From contig NC_092670.1 in assembly GCF_964355755.1 (NCBI RefSeq), positions 6,314,201 to 6,378,200 on the forward strand: DNA of 64,000 bases, written 5' to 3'. The DNA is from Antedon mediterranea. Taxonomy: Eukaryota; Animalia; Echinodermata. The notes beneath the pieces are model-generated. The model was not told where the DNA came from. It saw only the letters and a program-made list of their open reading frames with translations, and did no database searches. The first letter of the stretch is position 1. Each line of letters starts with the position of its first letter. Below, piece by piece: positions 49,301-56,865 of this stretch. Made by a program: the position numbers and the translations under genes.

Positions 49301-52300
49301 TTTTACAATAACAACAAGGATAAACATTAGATTGTCTGAATGTATACGAGTAGGACATTGATGATCTAGTCTTACTTTCTGCTTATACTTATGTTCCATT
49401 ATGGATTTTTTTCCAAATGAATCTTGTTGTGTAACTTGGTGTATTTATATTTAAAGTTTATTACAACCAACATTTCAAAGTGCTGTTCGCTGTTTGACCA
49501 TAGGTTGAAATATAAACACAGTGGCCTAACGCTTAAACCTTTTATTCAATGACCCATAGTTCGAATTTCAGGTGTATTTCTCTCCATTGATATCTTTTTT
49601 GGGTGTGAAAGTATTTTGTGTGGACTATAAAGAAATGTAAATGGTAATGAATATATCGTATCAATCAATAATTATATTTTCAATATTATTTATTGTTTAA
49701 CACTTTCATTTTATTGTTTTTCTTTACTATTTGTTTTGTTAATATTTATGTTTATTGTTTTTACACATTTCATTTGTATTTATGTTCACTGTGATCATTC
49801 TTTTCAATTTCATTGCAAAAGCCGAGTTTAGCGAGCTTCAGGAATCTGAGTTTCAGACGCAAACAGCAGGTTGGTTTTTGTTTTCACATTTTGATGCCAG
49901 CTTGAGGAGCTCAAAGACTCCTTAACTGCTTCAAAATGAAATGTTTTTGTTGGTATTGGTAGCTTAATGATAAACTCTTCAGTCATCTGTAATTTACTGT
50001 ACTAAAGAGTTGGTAAATAGTGTGTGTGTGATTCTTTGTAGTTTATCTTAAGCTATTCTATACAAGGACTGTACATGGCAACATATTGCAGAAGAATCCG
50101 AGATTACACTTACATGGAGATTGAATAGTTTTCACTAGCTTTTCGAAATCTGCAGAGCCATAAAAATGTGAATCCTCTATTTTCTAAAGAAGCTGTGGTT
50201 TAGAAAGAAACTGTGCCTCTAACAATTTGCTCTTGTGCTACCATTCAATGTTTCTTTCTCTGTTTTTGTACAATCTTCTGTATTTTCACTATTTTTCAAT
50301 ACCTACTGTGCTACATTAGTGTTGCAGTATGCTATCCTACGTTGTGAGTTCACAAACACTGGTCTATTTTCACAGTAAAGTAGCTTCACGAAGCTTAAAT
50401 TTAGCCAGACATCATCTTCACAGTTGCCAAAACCATCACCATAAACACAACACCAGCATAGTATTACTTCAAATAAAATACTATTGAGCGTTGATCTTTT
50501 TCTTGAGGAATTACTGATGATTGTAGACATGCTCCTAAAAAACAAAGTCTTGTCTTCCTCTATTTGCATCGTACTACAATAACACTTTTGCTAAACCACA
50601 ATCTGAAATATATGCTGCTGACTTTTACTTTCTCTCACTTCCTTTGTTTCTATGTGTGCCAATTAGCTTTTTTACAGGTCAATGACTTATGACCTGGATA
50701 CTAGTACTCTTTGTATCAATGACCTTTTCATCTTTCCATTATTCACTGTGATATTGTTTATGTATTCTGTAGTGAAAAGTGCAATATACTATATTATTTT
50801 TCATTTACACTAAATAAGGATGATAATACTTGGCACAAAGCCAACTTTAATAATCATTTACTTGATGTAATGGTTAATTCAATGCACTGGACGGCATATT
50901 ATACATTGTATATAAGGGTTATTTTATTGTTGTACATTGTGATATGATCTTTGTGATACTGAAGTTTAGTAATTTACAATACTTTTAGTCTCTCTCTAAA
51001 ATTGAGGACCTTTACTGTATTCATAAATCACCATTAAAATTTAAAATTCATTTTATAGGGAATACCACCTTAAGGGAAATCCTTAAACATTTGTTGACTT
51101 AAGTGAAATACTATAATTATATTAATTTAGGGTGATTAAAATAAGTGTGATTTGTGAATAGTGCCACATGTTCTTACCTATTACTATCAATTCTTGCTGT
51201 TGGTTTATTTATGACTAAAATAATTTTGTTAAGAGCATCACCGGGTATATGTTCATAATAATCAAAATCAGTAGGTCTAAACACACCACTGTTATCCTAG
51301 CTTTTGCACCCAATACCCTAATTATGTATGTAGGGATGCATCGTTCAATCATTTTACCTTTTAATAATGTAGTATTGCAAGAATATATATGCATGGTAGA
51401 ATCATAGAGATATAGTACACTCATAAAATAATATTTCTATGGTAGAATTAAATATTGTAAGATGATGTTTGATATAAAAAACAGTCAATTATAATATTAA
51501 AATTATTATAATATTAGCAGCTTTGTTGTATTTCAAAGCACAGTAACGTTTTGCATGATATCAAAGACTATAGCAAGCAACAGATTCTTAACAATCATAT
51601 GCTCATGTTTGCAAACCCATTGACACTGTAACAAGGCATTTGGAAGCTGAATTATTGATACACAGATGTAATGTTCTGGTGCACTGTGCTGGTGATAATC
51701 AATGGAATTATTAACACATCTGGTGAGATAGGGAACGGTTGGTCATTGTACATGTGCGTATTAAAGAACACAGTGCACGCACAGGAAGTTGGGATTGTAC
51801 TGTATGCTGGTTCCCAATTTTTCATCAGAAGGATTCCAAGTCCGTGGATGGTCATTGGTGTTTTTGCACTGAATATATCCAATAATTCTAATAATACTTT
51901 TATTTCAGTTCACCCCAAGAAGCCCATTAATGGAAACAGGAAAGGTTTCGGAAGTCCTTGATATGGACGTAAGTTGAAATTATCATTCAGTTTTTGAAGG
52001 AGGTGTACAGTGATTGGGAATATGTTAGGGGATGGAAGGATAGGCCGTCGTTCGAACAAGAGATAGTGTCGTGCAAGGCTATGTTGTGGTTGAAAAGGGA
52101 CAGTTGTTGATAAAAAGTAGAAGTGGTTTGCAAGATTAGATAGGCAGTGGCTACCAAAACATGGCATTGGTTTGCAAGATGGTCATTGGTTCCAAAAGAA
52201 TGGCATTAGTCTGCAAGATGGTCAGTGGTTCCAAAAGAATGGCATTTGATTGCAAGGTGGTCAATGATTTAAAAAGAATGGTATTATTTTGTAAGATAGT

Positions 52301-54396
52301 CAGTGGTTCCAAAAGTAGTGATCTGAACAATAGCCAATGGCTGTTTTGAAACTGTGGAAAGAGATTGACCTTAAATTTATTGTATATGTAAATTGTTGGA
52401 GAGAAAATACTCAGTGACTGGAAATAGGAATGAATATGTGACGCATCAATTATAATCCCTTAGTCTTGCTGAAACTATATTTACTTTGTATTTTTAGGAA
52501 ACTGAAAATATCCCACTTCGTATCATGTTGTTATTAATGGATGAAATCTTTGACCTTCGTTGCCGTGACCAGTGGTTGCGGCGTCGTGTTGTGGCATTCT
52601 TGCGACAGATAATTAAGGCAACACTTGGCAGCAAAATCAATGGGTTTGTATACATTTTTTGTGACATTTAGAAAGGATTGAAGGAGTTTACCATGCATTG
52701 TATTATTAGCTAGTAATGGATAGAAAAATAGTGTTACGGCAACAATAAGATTTGTGTTTTCTTGTGATAAATTAAGGATCACTTTATCATGCACTGTCTC
52801 TGTAAATCCGAAGTATATCGACAACAAATTAATTTTAAAAATTAAATCAATTTTAACTTCTAAACATAGTGGTAAAATTGCTTTAAAAAATGTTAATTTT
52901 ATATAGAAAAATTGTTGAACAAGTTGAGAACTTAACTTCACCAGAGCAGCTAGCCTACTATGTAAAACACTTCAGGTAAGAAGAACAGATATATATATAT
53001 ATATGCAAATATTATTGGTTCCTTGGAACCTTCCATCCTACTGTAACTTCTTTACCTACCTTATTTTAGTTGGTTCCTTAGGTCTTCTACCCTACCTACC
53101 TGTAGCTTATTTCAGTTGGTTTCTTTGGTATTCCATCCTACCAACCTGTAGATTTTTTTAGCTGGTTCCTTAGGTCTTCCGCCAAACCTACATTGGGCTT
53201 TTTGTAGTTGGTTCATTAGGTTACGTCATCCGCATGTGAATTTAAACTTCTCCAGTAAACCAATCTCTATTTTCCTCTTCTCTGAAGCTGTAGTCCAGTT
53301 AGAAGTTCCAACATATTTCTTGATGCTCACCTTCTTCTACTTCCTCTTCATGTTATTGGATGCTATTCACTAATTCTTTTTGTCCACCAGTTGTCTGTTA
53401 TTTTTGAACTGTCTTCTTTGATTGATGGGAACTATATTATAAATACAATTTATAGTATGTACAGTACTTTTAAAAACTTAATTTTGGTTGTTTTATTGTT
53501 GTTGATTTAGGGATTCATTTTGGCCAAATGGTATTTTGGCTGAAGAGCAGCCTGAACGAGATGAACTAACCAAACTGCGTACAAGAGTAGCCGCCAAGAC
53601 AAAGCTACTAGGAAGTGTATCCGGTAAATGTTTATTCAATAAAAGTTATAACTACAGTTTGGTTTCAACAAATAGCAACTTAATTGTTTTTAACTATGGT
53701 TGTTGAACATAATATTGTAATGGATTTGCTGTTGGTTAGCATTCTAATTCTTAGTCTAAACCATGATAAAAAATATTGTGATTTTCTACAGAAATTGTGT
53801 TTTCTATGGATCGGAGTGAAACTTAATTGTATTACTGTATTTATATATAAATATAAACCTTATTTATTCGAAAAAACGCCCTGGTATATTATTTTTCTAT
53901 AGAATATTTGTAAAGAATTTATATGGAAAAGTGAAATTTTCTATAGAAATTATATGATTTTTAGAATAAAAAATGTGTACCTTTCAAAGTTTTTATGTTT
54001 CTATAGACTCTATTCTATCTAATTCTATAGTACATGTTAATACAGTATTATACAATTCTCTCTTGTTTTGTGATCTCACTTTCTTTAACATTTTCTAATT
54101 TTTCAGATGATCTAAAGAGTTTCATTGGTGCTGAAACTACTCGACATGGAATTCTACGAATGTTTGAAATGTTACAAAACGAAACATTCAACAAACGATT
54201 TGTTTACGTTTGTCTTGAAGGCTACATTGAAACCGTTTTTCCTGAAAACAAATTTCCAGAGACATTTAGAAAATTACACTCTTTATCACAAAGAGTGCGT
54301 GATCGACCAAAAGAAACAATGAAACGTAGCGAATCTGCCAGGTCACGTGGGAACTGGTTAATGCGATCGTTTAAACGGAAACCAGAGGTTAGGTGA
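16780..54396 (+). CDS. SNX13: Sorting nexin 13 (RGS-PX1), complete multi-exon gene, about 985 aa from 23 core exons (2958 nt including stop)
   Basis: Exons join in frame. Motifs match recalled SNX13: N-terminal TM segment, PXA (DKRLTGSNIIDEQLQ, RDYIHDWY), RGS (HFYLTVESYR), PX (VYRRFSDFHDLH), PXC (NIPLRIMLLLMDEIFDL, FWPNGILAE, IGAETTRHGILRMFEMLQ). Confidence 0.95.
21668..21805 (+). mobile_element. tRNA-derived SINE relic
   Basis: gtggctcagtg (A-box), gagtttgaatcc (B-box), then tccttatgcaagacactt...ctctccacccaggtgtataaattggtacc; a degenerate reverse copy lies at about 38115-38255. Confidence 0.65.
22074..22189 (+). CDS. SNX13: SNX13 exon 2 (transmembrane segment)
   Basis: tacag|GGG...GGA GG|gtaagt; GQQQALLMWTGLAFVLFLLTFGFLAPILLLAYIAAFIGG. 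Confidence 0.9.
23119..23227 (+). CDS. SNX13: SNX13 exon 3
   Basis: ttcag|A GCA...TCT CAG|gtaaag; phase fits exons 2 and 4. Confidence 0.85.
24936..25049. mobile_element. Small palindromic MITE
   Basis: atagtgtcaca...tcacatgtg...cctg is inverted to cagg...cacatgtga...tgtgacactat. Confidence 0.5.
27358..27450 (+). mobile_element. Family B hammerhead-bearing repeat fragment
   Basis: CTTAGGA-c-GATCAA-agcata-TTGATC-GAAA-CGTT-gag followed by aaactcaacagt...ggtgtaccgcaaac, as in 41065-41155. Confidence 0.5.
27524..27613 (+). CDS. SNX13: SNX13 exon 4
   Basis: VVKGLRKADNDYKRDKRLTGSNIIDEQLQE|gtaagt. Confidence 0.92.
27630..28190. repeat. Degenerate tandem repeat (caacatcttcccaaaccat-like) filling SNX13 intron 4
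   Basis: Recurrent aacatcttccc/aaccatt units; explains the spurious ORFs 27630-27938 and 27696-27890. Confidence 0.75.
28216..28337 (+). CDS. SNX13: SNX13 exon 5 (PXA)
   Basis: VFELAFRDYIHDWYFQLSDHEEFLYNVRQ...; donor gtacag. Confidence 0.92.
29247..29365 (+). CDS. SNX13: SNX13 exon 6 (PXA)
   Basis: SKNVDWVDYTTRKIVDDFASHLRIFRKAQ. Confidence 0.93.
29627..29743. mobile_element. MITE family H1 (TIR AGCTCTGTCTACACTATCAAA), PIF/Harbinger-like
   Basis: TIRs at both ends; internal atatcactaccatatttggg units. Confidence 0.8.
30781..30891 (+). CDS. SNX13: SNX13 exon 7 (PXA)
   Basis: EDIFFDLELEMEKDLCRDRICT. Confidence 0.93.
31463..32380. mobile_element. About 0.9-kb PIF/Harbinger-like non-autonomous element with subterminal aatataccgtat repeats
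   Basis: taa|ggccccgtttctgctgccaa ... ttggcagcagaaacgggccc|tta. Confidence 0.78.
33993..34160. mobile_element. PIF/Harbinger-like MITE (TIR AGCGTGGTTCCCACTAG)
   Basis: tta|agcgtggttcccactag...ctagtgggaaccacgct|tta; relatives at about 49168-49272 and 60097-60411. Confidence 0.85.
34374..34496. mobile_element. MITE family H1
   Basis: tta|agcctggtctacactatcaaac...tttgatagtgtagacaaggct|tta; TTA TSD. Confidence 0.82.
35585..37077 (+). mobile_element. Helentron-associated non-autonomous element (HINE/DINE-1-like)
   Basis: 5' palindrome aggttatatgcat-gat-atgcatataacct; (TTTA)n microsatellite; 3' subterminal repeat atgcatataacct (37033-37045); hairpin aattcgtca-tag-tgacgaatt; then CTAG|TT. Confidence 0.75.
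37099..37271 (+). CDS. SNX13: SNX13 exon 8 (PXA)
   Basis: YLQSICELLLFLLLPADDFHSKHFRFIIREVL...DPDYINQTIVWW|gtgagt. Confidence 0.94.
37311..37343. repeat. (TAA)n microsatellite
   Basis: Read directly from the sequence. Confidence 0.9.
37400..37760. repeat. Degenerate ~21-bp minisatellite (gacttcaagccaatc-like)
   Basis: Recurrent gact..aag/ggtcaat units in SNX13 intron 8. Confidence 0.55.
37832..37979 (+). CDS. SNX13: SNX13 exon 9
   Basis: CKDNTFTTEAFLTVIKMASTIDELQAV. Confidence 0.92.
38115..38255 (-). mobile_element. tRNA-derived SINE relic (reverse copy)
   Basis: tacacttgggtggagagagg and ttggactcaaactc match the reverse complement of 21668-21805. Confidence 0.5.
38582..38697 (+). CDS. SNX13: SNX13 exon 10
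   Basis: KQQLNSLQFVKKLCLQTIQR; donor gtatgt at 38698, with an alternative in-frame gt at 38695. Confidence 0.88.
38761..39132. mobile_element. MITE relic
   Basis: aatagggagg...cggatacatcaca is inverted to tgtaatgtatccg...cctccctatt. Confidence 0.6.
39287..39380 (+). CDS. SNX13: SNX13 exon 11 (start of RGS domain)
   Basis: LYSLPFNVVLVNNIALSHFI|gtaagt. Confidence 0.92.
40525..40721 (+). CDS. SNX13: SNX13 exon 12 (RGS)
   Basis: FMGSINAQSYLHFYLTVESYRVTAEQ...IFEQYLTED|gtgagt. Confidence 0.94.
40821..41164. mobile_element. Inverted pair of about 120-bp repeat ends, each with a degenerate hammerhead motif (family B; Penelope-like relic)
   Basis: 40821-40942 is a diverged reverse complement of 41040-41164; a third copy lies at 27358-27450. 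Confidence 0.55.
41708..41815 (+). CDS. SNX13: SNX13 exon 13 (RGS)
   Basis: ASHRINIGDDTVLKR...VFDEAQKL|gtaagt. Confidence 0.92.
42212..42376 (+). CDS. SNX13: SNX13 exon 14
   Basis: VYRILQEDHHYLAFKQSSSYRRCLAELDLL. Confidence 0.92.
42871..42985 (+). CDS. SNX13: SNX13 exon 15
   Basis: ttacag|SSEDLSSLGSADSMDNISMES...NAEISNA|gtaagt. Confidence 0.87.
43468..43718 (+). CDS. SNX13: SNX13 exon 16 (PX domain)
   Basis: KVYTLYVIRV...WDVYRRFSDFHDLHMRLTDKF...LPSKRAF. Confidence 0.95.
44113..44223 (+). CDS. SNX13: SNX13 exon 17
   Basis: KLLLHEMWLKYPGMLNIILNFLEPGEYSRGKSKLARK|gtaagg. Confidence 0.92.
44552..44684. mobile_element. MITE family H1
   Basis: agctctgtctacactatcaaa...tttgatagtgtagacagagct. Confidence 0.85.
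44922..45062. mobile_element. MITE family H1
   Basis: tta|agctctgtctacactatca...tgatagtgtagacagagct|tta. Confidence 0.85.
45500..45696. mobile_element. PIF/Harbinger-like MITE
   Basis: tta|agggtcttttacacctgc...gcaggtgtaaaagaccct|tta. Confidence 0.8.
45759..46045. mobile_element. Tc1/mariner (pogo-like) MITE with CAGT termini and a nested palindromic MITE (45844-45977)
   Basis: ta|cagtagaac...gttctactg; internal ggggacact-type repeats shared with about 975-1020, 14757-14810 and 61420-61475; nested tatacaaatactgaatgttt...aaacattcattatttgtata. Confidence 0.65.
46740..46871 (+). CDS. SNX13: SNX13 exon 18
   Basis: MDHIVNPLKNVAHSVKSMPGNLVDG...VIFSK|gtaagc. Confidence 0.93.
47285..47308 (+). CDS. 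SNX13: Candidate SNX13 24-nt microexon (PHLKRIKK)
   Basis: Long pyrimidine tract ending ttccttcctag, phase 0/0, donor AAG|gtttgt; no transcript evidence. Confidence 0.5.
47860..48580. mobile_element. 721-bp foldback element with 8-bp TSD
   Basis: gaaatcat|gggtattgctaaacaccgcaaacc...ggtttgcggtgtttagcaataccc|gaaatcat; each arm is two tandem subunits of about 175 bp. Confidence 0.9.
49822..49869 (+). CDS. SNX13: Candidate SNX13 48-nt cassette exon (PSLASFRNLSFRRKQQ)
   Basis: cattgcaaaag acceptor, open in phase 0, donor CAG|gttggt; more GC-rich than its flanks. Confidence 0.45.
50320..50343 (+). CDS. SNX13: Candidate SNX13 24-nt microexon (CCSMLSYV)
   Basis: tgtgctacattag acceptor, phase 0/0, perfect donor gtgagt. 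Confidence 0.42.
51909..51968 (+). CDS. SNX13: SNX13 exon 19
   Basis: tttcag|FTPRSPLMETGKVSEVLDMD|gtaagt; aligns with the recalled RVSAQLDDN region. Confidence 0.87.
52150..52318. repeat. Tandem repeat, unit about 39 bp, about 4 copies
   Basis: aaaagaatggcatt...gcaagatggtcagtggttcc units. Confidence 0.85.
52498..52643 (+). CDS. SNX13: SNX13 exon 20 (PXC/Nexin_C)
   Basis: ETENIPLRIMLLLMDEIFDLRCRDQWLRRRV. Confidence 0.95.
52907..52975 (+). CDS. SNX13: SNX13 exon 21
   Basis: KIVEQVENLTSPEQLAYYVKHFR|gtaaga. Confidence 0.93.
53012..53222. repeat. Tandem repeat, unit about 44 bp, about 5 degenerate copies
   Basis: gttggttccttaggtcttc..cctacc units. Confidence 0.75.
53511..53623 (+). CDS. SNX13: SNX13 exon 22
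   Basis: DSFWPNGILAEEQPERDELTKLRTRVAAKTKLL. Confidence 0.95.
54107..54396 (+). CDS. SNX13: SNX13 last coding exon
   Basis: DDLKSFIGAETTRHGILRMFEMLQNETFNKRFVYVCLEG...KPEVR-TGA. Confidence 0.95.
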
Positions 54397-56683
54397 CGAA
54401 AGCGAATGAACATTATTTAGAGAACTAAAGAACATTCTTTTTAGAAATGTGTATACATTTGCGTCATAACATACAAAACTTTTATTTGTAATATTTATCA
54501 TGAAATAAATTATACAAACTAAAAGATAACGTAACTGAAGCAATATGGGAAAAGTTTTATAAAATCACATCAATTTAATTCACCAAATCTATTAGACCAA
54601 ATTCAAGACAAAATCAATATTTTAAAGTATGTGTACTAAACCCATTAAGACTATTTTAAAAGGTTTTTTTTTATTCTAATAATTTTTATATCATCATCTA
54701 TATTATTTTTGAATTAGATTTTTGAAGTAATGGAATATTATTTGTTGTTATTTATTTGATGAAACCCATTTAGTCAACAAGGCTCTTGTCTTGTCATTGA
54801 TGCCAGACTTTTTTGTCTGCATACTGAAAATATACACTATATAAGATAAAATTACACAATACTGTTACTCAATTATTTAACTCCATTCTATGTAACATAA
54901 TCAGCCAAGTAAGGGGAAAACATCTCTGAAAATGCTAAAAAAAAACAATTCTAATACCACCTAACAATTAAGTCATTTTAAAAGTACTGCAATATCTTAT
55001 TCAATATTCTTTGATGATTTAGAAGGCTAGAGAAGTATAGACGCATCTCTGTGCAGTCAAGTGTATCACGTAAACAGCGATTGACAACAATGTGTATGAT
55101 TTTTTAGAGAGTTTTTACAATTCCTGATTTTTTAACATTATGTTATCTTTTTTTAAATACTTTTTTGTGTTTTTTTTATGCATATTATAAATATAGTTTA
55201 ATAATAACAATACATTTAAATTGCCTAACAGTAACCTTGTTTATTTCATTACCTTAATTTTAAATATATACAATATAAGTCGTAGTTATCATATTTGTTA
55301 CCAAATTCTATAGATCTATTTATATTTGTATTCATATATTATTATATTCCACTAAAACAGATCAGCTATCAGCTACTGAATAGGAAAAAAGTTTAGCTAT
55401 AAAAATGTAGTATAATTCAAAATATATATCATTGTGTTTAATTTTTATCTTCATGTTTCTCATTCCATTTATGTTGTGTAAATGTTTTTATTCTTCAGAT
55501 CTTGTATTTTATTTTATAGCTATTTTTTCCCGCAGTCCTAAATTTACGTGATTTTGCAATTCATTTATAATCATAATATAATTGATGATCATTTGAAGAA
55601 TAATTATTTGTAATTATTTTATTCACATTTTTGTTCATATCAACTGTTGAAGGTCTCTAATAGACCTTGCCTAGGGTTTATGAGTGACTGTGAATAAGCA
55701 AACTGAGCCTACATCATTCTAGCTAGGCTGAAGTGTCCAACATAGTTTGACAAAAAAAAGTGTGATATGCCCAAATATGGTAGCGATATGACATCAACAT
55801 GTCACATTTTTTTGTCACATAAAGTTTGATAGTGTAGACAGAGATTAAGTTTCGTTTGCTTTTTAATTTTCAACAAAAAGGTCAAACTTTGAAATCGTTT
55901 TTGTATCGAAATGTTTCTGGAAATTCTCTGGAAGTTAACCCAACTCATTTTGTTTTATAATGACAAGCACTAAATCTCTCGATAATAATTTTAGGGAAAA
56001 ACCTAGAACAAGAGCTGTTTAATACATATTTTGATAGTGCCGTCAATTTTGTTTTATGCATATCTTTATATTATAATTTAAAATTGAATTATCTATGCAT
56101 TTTTTTTATATGAGCTATTATGTATGAGATTATGCATTAAGCGTATGTATTTATGATATATAGTCATATGCATTTATGTTAAATACATTAGCTATGTTAA
56201 TCAGTATGCATAATTTATGATAATTTATAGGTTTACTTAAAGTTGCTATACGTTGAATATAATTTATATAGGAACATGTGCAATAAGATATATAATTTGT
56301 ATATTATTTGTTTTATTTCAATGATCTTTGTACATAAAACTGAAAACACTGTTAGTAAAGTTGCCTATGTAAATATATTTATTCCATGTGTTTGTATGAG
56401 ACGTTTTCTGTCAAGTTTTAGAATGGAAAAGGAGTTTTAGAAACTTTTCATTTATTTTTTATTTCAGACTCTTCGCCATATCCAAAACTTTCAGTACACA
56501 GGGCTAGCATTCAAGTATTTTACCTCTTTTCATATCACCTTACACACAATGTGGCACGCACCATACAAAATGCAGATGTTGACACATTGAGGTGTATGTA
56601 AACTATAGAGTTTTACTAGGCGATGTGAAAGTTAACAGTTAATAACTTTAAAGCAAAACTACACACTAAATCAAGTGTAATGC

Positions 56684-56865
56684 CCAGTGGCCATATTCAC
56701 CATTCACACTTAGACTAAAAGAAACATTTCAATTTTAAACAAATCTAATAGAATATTAGATATATAATTAGGGAAATACTTGAATATTATTGAATTAAGT
56801 GAAATACTTAGTAATTAAGAGACATATTTTAATTCTCACTTAAATAGGATTGGTGTGGCCACTGG
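56684..56865. mobile_element. MITE relic
   Basis: ccagtggccatattca / tggtgtggccactgg termini; interior resembles 51070-51125. Confidence 0.4.

Noticed and set aside
52534-52941. Longest ORF in the track (135 aa, minus strand); also 43442-43762, 42798-43004 and 54222-54413
   Set aside because: Antisense shadows of SNX13 exons with no recognisable protein
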